A stretch of DNA of 55,340 nucleotides from Atractiella rhizophila (Eukaryota): assembly GCA_021432655.1 (NCBI GenBank), contig MU271483.1, forward strand, positions 1 to 55,340. The letters run 5' to 3'. The notes under the pieces are model-generated. The model was not told the origin of the DNA and ran no database searches. It saw only the letters and a program-made list of their open reading frames with translations. Each line of letters starts with the position of its first letter. Position 1 is the first letter of the stretch. The position numbers and the translations under genes were made by a program. Below, piece by piece: positions 12,640-25,284 of this stretch.

Positions 12640-13519
12640 TCTGTTTTAAGGTGTTAAGATTGTCGAGGTAACTTTTTTGTTGTTTCGTGTGAAATTGATA
12701 ACACGAGTGAAAGTAGTTGCATACGCATACCCATGAAATGTTAACCCAAATTATGTATCATGCGTGACCTTCAACTCTCAGGACAGCCAGCAAGTTCATG
12801 AGCAAGCCAATCTCACAGACTTTCAAAACTTCTGGGAAAGCTGGACAAAACAACCGTCACACATGATTGCTAGTGCTTCAAATTCTCAACTTGAATACTT
12901 TTAGTATATAGGGTATGCGTACTGGCTTCAGGCTTCAAGTTAGTTTGCTTTCTCGAACTACTGGTACGGCCGAACGTTTTGTGCTTCAACCAGGTGAAAT
13001 ATCAAGCTTGTTCGCTTCTGCGAGACCAGCAACTGCCCCCATAACCCCGTAGAGCCTACCATCAGAGACTGAAAATCTGCCAATAATGAGAAGTTCGCCT
13101 ATCTGCCAATCTCAGACAGGATTCAAACGGCACTCTGAAGCACATTGTATGTGCGTGTCATCCTTTAAACGTAACAGCCTGTTTTGACTGACGAGCAAGG
13201 TACCTACTTGGTCCACAGACAACGCGCCGGGACGAGTTGAGACCAGCAAGAAGGCGAGTAGGACATGAACGAGATACCTTGCATCCCTAACGAATCGCGG
13301 ACCCAAAAGTGAAAAGTACTAGATTCGTAACCGTAAATTTTCAACCGAAACATCTCAGTTCAGTTGTACAAAAGATCATGACAAATCACAGCAAAGCATT
13401 CTTCGAGAATGTCCACCCTCCAAGGATTCCAGGCCGCTTCGACGTTCTACGTCAAGAAAGTAAAAGCTCGGCAAATCGTCGAGATCGCCTATTGGCTCGT
13501 CAAAGACCTTTCTCCTCCT

Positions 13520-16023
13520 TCATGAAGTGTATCCGTTTGGCGCATACCGTTGTTGTTGAACCTGTTGAGGCCGTGATTGCTGGTAAAAGTTCTGTTGGTA
13601 ATACGGATCGTTGGTCAAACTCCTCTGTGGCATCGGTTGGGGCCCTCGTGGTCTAGGGGCAGCATTCGGAGGGGACCGTGATCGCTGCTGAGACAATTGG
13701 AGATCCCTAAGTCCACCACTCTTGTCCCGCTGCGCCATCGGGTCGTATCCCTGGCTCGCTGCTGGGCTGTAGTTGAGCGTAGCAGCACGAAGGGGCATGG
13801 GTCTTGATGGCTCGTAACCAGGCATCATTTGTGGTCCCCTTGGTTGGAACTGCTGTTGGGGAGGAACAGCTGGAGCGCCGGCACCGTACGTGGGAACGCC
13901 AAAGTCAGAATTGGGCATGACCTGTGGCATGTCGGAGATGGGGAAGGGGACGACGGTATCAGCATTCGACCTATTGAACTGCTCGACGTTTGCGTTTCCC
14001 CAACTTGCGTTCCTCTTGAGATCCTTTGAAGTCTTGGGGAGGATATTGTCCCTGCTCCCCTTCTTTCCGAAAGAGAACATGGATCCCTTCGAACCCTTGT
14101 CGCTGTCTGCAGGGGATGTCCTTCCGCTAACGTATCCCGCCTTTTCGTTCGGGTAACCTTGGAAAGGATCTTGAGGAGCCGGTACGGGAGCTTTCTCGTT
14201 GGCCACCTCCTGAGTATTCGAGGGGATCTTCTGGAGAGCAGGCAAGCTTCCGCCTTCGCGACCAAGACCGAAGAGGGACATTCCCCAAGACATTCCGTCC
14301 TTTCGGCGACGATGAGCGACGACTAAGCCGATCGAGATGCCGTAGAAGACGAACGGAGCGAAGACGAGGATCCAGAAGAGGGCAAAGATGTAGGACTGGA
14401 AATAATTCGGCCTCTTCTCGTTGTAGAGCCTCAATCCGGTGTAGACCTGAGTGTATCCGAGGATGAGCAACGTGATACCGAGAAACATATGAGTGACGTT
14501 TCGAGGAGGTCTAGGGACAGTTTAGATGAGATAATCACGGCAAGCACTTCGCTAAGCAGAGACATACCTCTTCGTCCTGTTAGCATCGAACTTTTCGTGG
14601 ATGTAATAGCCCAAGCAGATTTGACCAAGGAGCAAGGCAAGGATGACGAAACCCATGACCTGATGACCCGAAAGGTTTCCTCCTCCGCCGTTCGTCTGAA
14701 TAGCCACCACGGCAAGGACGACAGCGGTGATGGTGAGAACTGTCGTGAGCGCAGTTTGAAGGAGTGAGTGCATCTTGACCCATCCGAAACTGTTCCAAAT
14801 GGGAATTAGCACTAATTCTGGAAGCGGGTTTTGTTTCGCTGGAAAGCGAAGATGAAGGATATACTGTGCGAAGAGATATTTAAGCAATATCACAAGCAGT
14901 GCAACCTTAACCTCGATGGTGGCTATAAATCAATTCTCGAGTCCTTGGCTAGAATAAAAGCTGGCAGAATTGAACTAAGCGGTGCTTTGTAGGCCAATTC
15001 CTTCCTTCGTCCAAGTTGGGGAGGACAAGCAGCAGATTGAGACAAAAAAGAACAACCAGAGGCATACAGCTCTGCCAAAAAATCGAAAATTTCTATCCAG
15101 CAAGAGACACCCATGTTTGAGTGACAAATTTTCTCGCTTTCCTCAGAAGATGTGCATTGAGAAGCCATCTGACCTCACTCGACCGAACCACCCCAACCAA
15201 AGGGAGCAAGCTCGAAATCGATCTCTTCCCCACTTTCACCTCCCACAAAAAGGAGAAGAACTTACAGCTTCCTTCCCAACCTAGCCAACAGCACGGCTCC
15301 TGGCGCCACCAAGATCCAGGCGGTGGCAGCGACGATGGCATGAATGATGATGATGCTATCATACCTCGTCCAAGGCACTTCCACCGCATCTGAGGTGTTC
15401 CCTCCACCAGCGGCCGAAGAAGAGGTAGACGTCGTGGTCGACGGATCCTTGAACTTGGCCACGAAAGCGCCAAATTTGCTCGCATCATGTTGTACGATCC
15501 TTCCACCGCTCGGTGCAGTTTTTGACGAAGCGTAGATGTAGCTTTCTCCCGAGGTCGAGAAAGCCTTGGTCTGATCTACGACCCAGAACAATACGTTGTC
15601 TCCTTCATTCCCTGCTCCTACCACTGTTGGCGCTCCATTCGCTGCGGAAAGGATTTGTGGGGTCGAGTGCGAAGTTGCCTTCCTGACTTCGAAGTTTGGA
15701 GAAGCGGAGGTGCCGGAGACGACGACTATCCATTCGTTGCTGCTCATCGAGCTCCCTCGTCCGATGGCTGCGTATCCGGTTCCGGAGGTCAGGGGAAGGG
15801 AGACGAGGAGGTGGGACCCGTTGGTGAGGAGGGAGACGGAGCCGATGGAGAGGCTGGAGGTGGATTGGACGGGCGCCGTTGAGCCGAGGAAGAGGGAGGT
15901 GAGGGAGTTGTCGGTGGCGGAGGCGTTGGATTGGCGCTTGTGGAGGGTTATGTGGGTGTGGGCAGGGATGTGGGCGGAGACGAAGGCGAGGAGGGGAAGG
16001 AGGAAGAAAAAGAAGGCCAACAT
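13520..16023 (-). CDS. Signal peptide + DOMON/CDH-cytochrome-like domain + cytochrome b561-like membrane domain + disordered cytoplasmic tail
   Basis: Hydrophobic N-terminus MLAFFFFLLPLLAFVSA; GYAAIGRGSSM, YIYASS and IVQHD (DOMON-type Met/His ligands); TM helices with His (IIIHAIV, WVKMHSLLQ, SGHQVMG); Gln/Pro-rich tail. Confidence 0.85.
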
Positions 16024-16940
16024 GACGAATTGAAGGAGCTTTTCAAAAACTAGAAATTATCGAGACTGTCGATTATGTGCGAATAAAGAAAAAGTCTTTA
16101 TGAAAATCAAGACTGAAAGAAGGGCTCTGCCTTTTGTTCTCTTGGACTAGCAAAGGAGAAAACGCCTGCACAGAAGGCAAAAAGCGAGAGCTGAAGAAGG
16201 CCGCGAAGGAGAACAAGTGAAGAGAGGGTGGGTTGTCGTCGTCTCTTGAGCTTTGCGATAACGCTGCGGATAAGGCAATTGTTTGTGCTCCCGAGAGCCG
16301 GAACTGCGAGAATGGACGATGGTCGTGATTCCGCGTCTAGAGTCTGGATGTTGGATGCTGCAGGGTACTGCAGAGAAAGGCTGTCTAAATGAGACGTAGG
16401 CCAGCTACCGTTCGCCTTCTTTGGTGGATGGTGTTGGGGGAAGAGAGGAAAGGTCGTTGCTACAGGTTGTTATGCGGTTTCGAAGGAGCTGGCGGCTGGT
16501 CGGGATGTGTGACAGCCAAGGTAAGCGGTCTTCTAGCGGGGCTGCGAAAGGGTGTTGCTACATACCAAGCCATGCTGTTTGTTCTGTCAGTGGGAAAACA
16601 GGCCACGGTGATTTTGGACGGTGACATTTGACGCGATGAGAGAGAGAACATGAGAGTCCAACCCCTGGCATAGCTTAATGATGTAGGACAAACTGAAAGT
16701 AGTGCACGAAATTCCGCTTTCAATTCCGCTTTCCAATCTATGACGTGCTCAGTCCTAGTTCTACATTTCATTTCATAGTCAGATCTTTGTCAAGGGTGTT
16801 ACCAAGTCGTCCAATCGCACTCTGTGAAGGCTCCTCCATCGAAACCCACGGGGTCTATGTTCAAGGTCGCGCTTCTCGACATTGGATTGTTGTTGACAGA
16901 ACACTAGTGCTGGGATGTTCACATGTGCCAGGACAAAGCT

Positions 16941-17620
16941 TCAAGTTGGTTGTCCGACTGAAGCTTGGAGCGGGTAAAATTCCTGTGCATCCAGCGCGCG
17001 TACTATAACGCTCGAATATGCGCTCAATCTAAGCGAATCCGATTTAGCATCAAATATGGCCTGAGAGTCTGACACGAGCCATCGGAACGGCTCTGAATTC
17101 TTTGCGAGGAGTGGTCTCGTATTTTTCAGCTCTATTACGGTGTCTACCTTCAAGTGTTGTTTAACTTCCTGCGCTCTTATGGTTCTGAGTTGTCTCGTCT
17201 AAGAGAGCGAGGATGAATACATAGCCGACAATTCGCCTTTGAGGACTCGCTCTCGCTCTCTACTCCTTGGATCGATTTACCCTCTCTTCTAAGCAGATCC
17301 GACTCCAAGGCAACTTTTGATGCGGCCGAACCAATCGTCGGATGCTCGCCGACCGCTTCATCGAGCGTCGCCTCATCGTGCTCGAACGCAAAGGATGTCG
17401 GTTGGAGGAGTGCAATGTTCTCATCCATAGCCGTTGTCAACTTACTCGTCGCCTCTACCATAAGGTCATCGCTTGCGAGCCTCTCTTGTCTTTGCTTCAG
17501 GAAGCATCGCTACTCATCCCTCCTCATTTTATATGTTCCTTCTCTGGACCACGCGCCGTCAAGTTGTTCTCCTTCATGATTGGAAGCGTGGACGAAAAGT
17601 TGGACGAAGTGCGACATCAT
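16941..17620 (-). pseudogene. Disrupted orphan coding region (in-frame TAG at 17510-17512; downstream exon out of phase)
   Basis: MMSHFVQLFVHASNHEGEQLDGAWSREGTYKMRRDE*RCFLKQRQERLASDDLMVEATSK... is followed by a second frame ...KVDTVIELKNTRPLLAKNSEPFRWLVSDSQAIF. Confidence 0.4.
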
Positions 17621-17871
17621 CCCATCGGTTGCGACGCGTCGCAGAGTCAACTTATCAAATCATTCGCATGGCTTCAAGTTATGCGCCGTCTGCGTAGGTT
17701 ATCCTTACGAGCAATACTTTTGAACGGATCCGCTTAACCTTCGAATGTTTCAACTTCTCCTGAGGTGAGGTCAGAGTATTTCAATATCCGAGATGTGCCC
17801 TGGATGAATTGAGGATCATATTTTCGATTTAACGACACCCATGAAATGCAAAATGCGTTACGAGCTCATGA

Positions 17872-20391
17872 TTATCGTTTCCGTCTCGGTCCCCAATTCC
17901 CCATGCTTCTAAACCTTTGTGCAACGGAGCTCGGCAGCTTCAATCCTCCCAAGAACGGTCCGAATGCTCCGAGCATAATCCCCAATGCATCTCTCACGGC
18001 TATTTTCAAAGTTGAATCGTTTGTATCGTAGAAGCGAGAAAATATCTTACCTAGGAGGATTTGTCCAGCGTTCATGTCTATCTCTTGCCTTTTAGGAGAT
18101 CCTTCTGGAATCGAACTTATCAGCTTCTCCATGTAGTCGGTGAGACCGTCTTGAAGAGCCAACATCCCTTGAAGCGCCTCGGGAACGGAACCTTGAACCG
18201 TTCCATAATCATCTTCACCAATTGAGTGCTCCCCTAGACGCGCTTGAGCTGTGATTACTTGGTTAAAAGAGTGCCGATGGAGGATAGAGTTCATGAGACA
18301 TACCCAAACATGCCAATTCCACAATGGAACTGCTAGCAATTTCGTTCCGGATCTTATTGCTCAGGCTCTCCTCAAACAACCAATCGTGCAACCTCGTAAG
18401 GTATCGCCTAGGGACATATCCCTTCACCTGTGTTTCAAGACTTCTGACCGTCTTCACCACTTCTCCTGACGTCGAGCTCGCTAGGTCGTTCATTTGTTTC
18501 TCTACCTTTTCAATCGCAGGACGAAAGACGGCGGGTACTTGGGCAGAGATAGAAGCGTGTGGCTCCGGCGGTGCGGTTGATGGGGAGAAGATGGACTCTA
18601 CTAGAGATAGGAGGTAGGATTTCTTCGCCACTGGTACAGATACCAGTCCCGAGCCTTGCGCAATTGTGGCCGTTTTGGCAACTGCTCTCCTCGTTGGGGA
18701 CCCGCTTTTAGTCGATGTCAAGGACGCTGGAGGCGGTATTGTAATTGGCTCTGGAAGGGTGCTCAGTATAGAACAGGCAACAACAAGTTGATCTTACCAT
18801 TCGGGGTCTCAACAACCGTTTTTGGGAGAAGCGCCTGAGTACACGCATCAATCTTCTTTTGCAACTCTTGGTGGATTTGTGCGTATGTGGGAGGAGTGGT
18901 CTTCACGTCCCTGTATATTGATCTGCGCCGCTCTGGTGATAAGCAAGCAATGGTGGCAAGCTCTTGAAATGCGAATGTCTTCGTCAAAGGTTTGTCAGGA
19001 ACTCCTATGGATTGATTGAAATGAACTACCTGGAAGAATTCCGTTGGAGATCTCAAGCCATCAACCAATGTCGCGTTTGGGGTTGAAGAATAGTGCGAAA
19101 CTTGTGTCGTCTGCTTAATATGAGCAAATTGTAATCGGAAATCAGAGGGAAGACGACTTACCTGCGTCATGTAGACATCGAAAAGGCAATCGTTGACTTC
19201 AATTGAGAGAGTTACCAATATCGAAATTGAGAATCCGGTCAAAAAAGTGCCGATAGTAGGAGCCGACTTCCTCATGATGGAAAAAAGGTAAGGTCTATGA
19301 GGGGTTTGTCAAAAATCATGTACGATTAGAAGAAGAGGTGATATTATACCGTAACATGGATCCAAGAGGGAACAATCTCAAGAGGAATAGTCGAACCATA
19401 GGCCGTCGTAGCATCATGTAAATGAAGTAGTAGGCGATATTGGCGAATGTCAGATATTGTAGTAGACGTAAACATCGCGTCGTCAATCGTGTTTGAAGGC
19501 GTGTAGGGATCGGCTCCTGCACCTTTCAAGTTATTACTAGCTTCAACAATTCGAAGGGCGGCGTACGGATTGAGCAGGGAATCGTACTGCTCGCCTTTGC
19601 TGAAAAAGGTTCATGAGCCCATGGATTAAGCTGACCGTGAGCGTGAGGAATGATATATAGACAAAACGGTCGTTAAGCTGCTGGGTATCTCGTCTGCTCA
19701 CGAAATCTCAGTTAGAACCGAGGATGATATTCCAGTAGTGTGAGGACACTCACCCTGGTGTTCTGACGAGCAAAGTCAAAAGTGTCTTGTGCCTTTTAGG
19801 ATTTACAAGGAGCGTGTAAAATATCATCATAGCATAAGCAGAGCTTAATCTCCATCCGATGTGCGCTAGAGAATCGTGCAAGTCGATAAAAAGGAATCGA
19901 TGAAGCAGCGAGAAGCGTGTCGGGGGATTGAAGCGCTTGTCTGTGTCGAAAGTCAGCTTTGAGGTTGTGTTGTGATACGCAGGAACATACAAGATACGAG
20001 TGACTTTTTACGCTCTACTACGTTAGGGAGAAGGGCGACGCCACATAGCAGCGTAAAGAATATTGTCCTGAGTTGGAATAGCCTGAGGATGCACACTGGT
20101 TCCGTTCACTCAGACGTGCAAATGAATGAAGACACGGAGCATACATATTCCATCTCGTGAAGGGTCCATTGAGGCTACAGAGAGAAGGATATGTGTTGCA
20201 ACCAAAGTGTGAAAGGCGACATATTTCATGCGATGGGTGAGGACCCTCTGTGAGCATAACGAAAAGGAACAGGTCAAGACTGCGGTTAATTCGGACTGAA
20301 GTTGGCCCACCTTTATTAAGTCCTCATACTTCACCACTGTAGAAGCTTTAAGCAGTGAAAAAGCTGGCGAAATAGAGGATGTTGTTGACAT
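17872..20391 (-). CDS. NDC1: Nucleoporin / spindle pole body membrane protein Ndc1
   Basis: N-terminal TM segments with QLNDR (LNER-like). FDVYMTQ...STPNATLVDGLRS; AFQELATIA...RRRSIY; SIGEDDYGTVQGSVP are Ndc1_Nup hallmarks. Confidence 0.88.
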
Positions 20392-20924
20392 GTTCGCTGT
20401 TCTTTTGTCGCAAACTGCACGTGCCCAACTTTGATCTCCAGTGGCAAGGAAAACGACGACGACGTGATCAAGTATCGCAAAGATATCTAGCCGCGCAACT
20501 CTCCAATATTCCTGAATCCTTACGGACAGGAATTCTATCTGGTCAAATCCCACTTATCTATTGTGTTTTCGCTGAGTACCAAGCTCCTTCGGACTGTGGT
20601 GGAGTTGAAGGGACAAACTGAGGACACCTAGAGCTTACAAAACGGAGGGACCAGCAATTTTGCAAGTACGTATTCTGACCTCGCACCAGGGAAGGTAGAA
20701 GTGAATGTATGTCCTAAAAACCCAGCGTTTATCCATCAAATCTATCCAGCATTGCGTCCTGGTCATCCGCTAACCGTGACCGTGTTGCTTCGAGCCACAA
20801 CCGGTTAGAAAGGTCCCGTTCGACAGTCTCTTCCTCTTCATCATCCTCGACCAGCACATCAAGGAACCAGATCAAATCACCGCCGCCACCACCATCTTCG
20901 ACCAATCCAATCCTTCGTCGAGCG

Positions 20925-23900
20925 ATGGACGCGATTCTCGACTTCTCACAACCTCTCTCCGTCCCTCTCCTTGATCGGGTTGTCAATGCTTTCTTCAGCG
21001 GGAGAGGGCAGGAGCTTAAGGATGCTCAGAGAGTTCTAACTACATTCCAAGAAAACCCAGATAGCTGGCAGCGAGTCCCACAGATTCTAGACGAGAGTAC
21101 GAACCCACAGACCAAAGTACACTTCCTTCCCCATGTTTACTCTTCACCCGGCTTATTTTTCTGCAGTATTTAGCCCTTCAAATCATGGATAAACTTATCT
21201 TGACACGGTGGAAAGTCTTGCCCCCGGATCAGCAGTCTGGTGCGTTGCTCACCCTTCTTACGTCCACAAATCCGCTCACTTTCTCGTGTAGGAATCAGGA
21301 ACTTCGTGGTAGCAACCGTTGTGAAAGTGTCTTCCGATGAGCAGACACTACGAAAAGAAAAATCGTTTGTTAACAAACTGAACTTGATTCTCATCGCTGT
21401 AAGTTCATCTTCTTAACCTACCTAGGTCGAGAGCTAGAACGATTATCAATTTTAGATTCTCAAACAAACTTGGCCGGACAACTGGCCGACTTTCATTCCA
21501 GAACTTGTAGCCTCCTCCCGATCCAGTCTCTCGATATGCGAGAATAATATGACGATCCTCAAGTTGCTCAGCGAAGAGATATTCGACTTCGGCGCAGACA
21601 ATATGACACAGAATCGGACGAAAGCGATGAAAGCAAGGATTTGTGATGAATTTAACGAGGTGCGTAACGTTTGGTGACTGAGAGGGAAAAATTTGCTAAC
21701 ATGACACTGCTGTGTTCAGGTGTTCCAACTTTGCGCTGAAATCGTCGCCAATGGTCAGAAGCCATCACTTATCAAGTCCACACTTGAGGCACTATATCGC
21801 TTCCTGAGCTGGATGCCGCTGGGCTACATTTTCGAGACTGAGTTGGTTGATAACCTCGTGTCGCGGTTTTTAGGCGTTCCTGATTTCCGGAATATCACAC
21901 TGAAATGCCTGAGTGAGATCGTTGGATTGCACGTTTCGGATTCCTACGATCCCAAATTTTATGCCCTTTTCACTATGGTGCTTGGTGTGATGACAAAAAC
22001 GATACCCATTGATGACGGTATTTTATTCCTTATTCTGGAATGAGGACGTGCTGATTCCCTGCTTTATAAAGATCATCCCGATCGGGACTTAGTGAAGTTG
22101 TATGAACAAGCGAACCAACAAGAGCAGGAGCTGATCAACGATTTCGCCATCTTCCTAACCAACTTTCTTTCGGTTCACGGTACATTAATCGAAGGTGAAA
22201 ATCAATCCAATCCTGCTGTTTTCGAGAATGCCTATGCTTACCTCCTTCGAATAACACTCGTCGACGAACGAGAGATTTTCAAGATTTGCCTCGAGTTCTG
22301 GAACAAACTTCTCTCTGAACTTTACGCGGAGAAGCAACAACTCCCGATGGGAGACCTACATCCTTTGGTCGCTGGTCTCACTGGACAGGTGTTTGGAGGC
22401 GTTAATGGGCTCAACGGATGGAGTCAGGGCAAGAGAGGAAAACTCTTCACAAATATTTTGAGCAACTTGCGGCTGACGATGATCAAGTGCATGGTGAAAC
22501 CGGAAGAGGTATATTTTGCTCGAGCGGGCCGAGTGAGCTTACTGACCGCATTGCAATAGGTCTTAGTGGTGGAGAACGACGAGGGAGAAGTGGTCCGAGA
22601 GTTCCTGAAGGAGGTGGACACAATCGTGCTTTACAAGCAGATGAGAGAAGCCCTGGTCTATCTCACTCATCTTGACACGATGGATACGGAGAATATCATG
22701 ACAGAGAAGCTACGGTTACAGGTTAGCACTGAGTCCTTAGAGTACCACTTTTTTGCTGATTCACCTATAGATTAGCGGGGCGGAATGGAGTTGGAACAAT
22801 CTCAGCAAACTCTGTTGGGCAATCGGCTCGATATCTGGAGCAATGAGTGCGAAATCACGCCTTTTGAGATGAAGTACTGAATTCCCATCGTAGGTGAGGA
22901 TGCTGAGAAGCGATTTTTGGTTGCTGTCATCAAAGACCTCCTCGCACTAACGGAAATGAAACGAGGCAAGGACAACAAAGCCGTCGTTGCCTCGAACATC
23001 ATGTATATCGTTGGACAATACCCTCGCTTCCTCCGCGCACATTGGAAGTTCCTGAAAACGGTGGTTAACAAAAATTTCGAGTTCATGCATGAAATGCACG
23101 AGGGTGAGTACAGCAGTTGCCAGACTTCCATTGAACTTGATGCGTGGTTATAGGCGTTCAGGATATGGCTTGCGATACATTCATGAAGATAGCTCAGAAG
23201 TGTCGTCGTCACTTCGTCTTAGTACAACAAGGAGAGACGGAGCCTTTCATCAAAGAAATCATCAAGAACATCCCTGTTATTACAAGCGATCTCAGTGCAT
23301 CTCAAGTGTAAGCCTATCGTATCGCAGGAAGTATAAGCTAACGCATATGGTATAGACATACTTTCTACGAAGCTTGTGGATACATGATTTCTGCACAGGT
23401 CAATATGACCGCACGAGAGCAGCTGGTATCTGCACTTATGGAAATTCCAAATCAAGCTGTAAGAGATTGATTCTCTTTCCAATCCTTTGACTGAATGTAG
23501 TGGCAGTGGGCAGAAATAATGCAACAAGCTAATACCGATGTGGATGTCTTCTCGAATCCAGAAACAGTGAAGAGAATCGCCAATATTCTTAAGACCAATG
23601 TCGCAGCGTGTACATCCATCGGAAGCTTCTTCATGCCCCAGATTGCTTCAATCTATCTTGACCTGCTAGGTATGTACAAAGTTGTCAGCGGAATCATTAG
23701 CGATGCGACCGCTGCCGAACCAACAATTGCGACAAAGACTCCAAAGATTCGCGGTTTAAGGACAATAAAAAAGGAGACGTTGAAGCTTTTCGAGAAATAT
23801 GTCAGTAAATTTGCTTTCCGTTGTGATATTGCTGATTCACCGTTTGGCCTTCCCAGCTGAAGAAGGTTGACAACCTCCAAGACATCAATGATTCACTAGT

Positions 23901-25006
23901 ACCACCGCTGCTCGAATCCATCCTGACAGATTACAGCAGTAATATCCCCGACGCTCGCGAGCCGGAAGTCCTGCTCTTAACTGCTACAATAGTCAACCGA
24001 ATGGGAGTACGTTCGCTGTCAACGCTACCATGCCATACTCTAATCATTGTGCAACAGGAACTCATGAACCCTCGCATCCTACCAATCCTTCAAGCTGTTT
24101 TCGAACCAACCTTAAACATGATAAACAAAGATTTCTCCGAATATCCAGAGCACCGCCTTGCTTTCTTTACTCTCCTTCGCGCCATCAACCTTCACTGCTT
24201 TGGAGGTTTGTTGCTATCCGAAGTGCGAATGTTGCGATCTCTGATAATACTTGTAGCCTTATTGGAACTGCCACCAGCTCAATTCAAACTTTTTATGGAC
24301 AGCATCGTTTGGGGTATCAAACACACTTTGCGGGATATCGGTGATCTAGGAATGAAGTATGGCTTTCTTCTCTCAGCATTTAATGGACTTATTTCGTTTT
24401 AGTATTGCCTACGAACTGGTGGAGAACGTCACGCGATCGGACGCCCAGGTTGCTAACGGATTCTTCCAACAATTCTACCTCCCGATGATCCAAGACGTGT
24501 TCTACGTCCTGACGGATGTTGACCACAAGAGTGGTTTCAAATTTCAAACCGACCTCCTTGCCAAATTGATTGGACTAGTGGAACAAGACCAGATTTCTGT
24601 TCCGCTCTTCGACCCAGCCACACAAGATTCTTCTATGGATAACAAGAAATTTGTTCGTGATTACGTTGCCAATCTGTTACGGAGCGCGTTCCCACATGTC
24701 CAATCTGCCCAAATAGCCAGTTTCGTGACTTCTCTGTTCGAACTTTACCAAGATCCAGTACGAAGTTCTCTCTTGAGCAGGAACATCACTCAATCTATTA
24801 ATCAGGCGAAATTCAAGTTGGCAGTGCGAGATTTTCTTATTCAACTGAGGGAGTTTCAAGGCACCGAAGGCGACAACTCAGACCTTTTCTCAGAGGAGAA
24901 GGAAGCGGAGAAGGCTCGACAGGAGAAGCTGGAAAAGGAAAAAGCAGCTGCTGTTCCGGGTCTCGCAAAGCCTACTGAGTTGAATGAGATGGACGACGAG
25001 CTGTAA
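20925..25006 (+). CDS. CRM1: Exportin-1 (nuclear export receptor), 17 exons by manual splicing
   Basis: [92 protein letters not shown]-terminal [10 protein letters not shown]. Confidence 0.98.
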
Positions 25007-25284
25007 AACTGACCTCTCTCGGGAGAAAAGCGCGCACCCTATCCATCTTGTACTGCTGTTCTAACCATGATTCGTTGTTGGTTTCATTCACTTCGTCATT
25101 ATTTGATGCTTTCTTGTCCTCTTATACTTCGTTTCAGGACTATATACCTCCACGTCTCTCAACAAGATGTATTTTGTTTGCAAAGCAATGTGTATTACAG
25201 AAGAACAAAGAATAAGCAACATGTGATGATGCACTGATTGAGGTATCAATAATATTCGAAGTTTGGACCGACACCTTAGAGCAA

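Noticed and set aside
12900..13325. Intron-like segment (GTATGT...CTGAC...AAG) suggesting a small gene
   Set aside because: Splicing yields only a ~33-aa peptide or frames with stops; not supportable without transcripts.
15596..16033. 145-aa plus-strand ORF and similar antisense ORFs (for example 29932-30309, 43603-44052, 52854-53288)
   Set aside because: Antisense shadows of well-supported genes, with no independent motifs.
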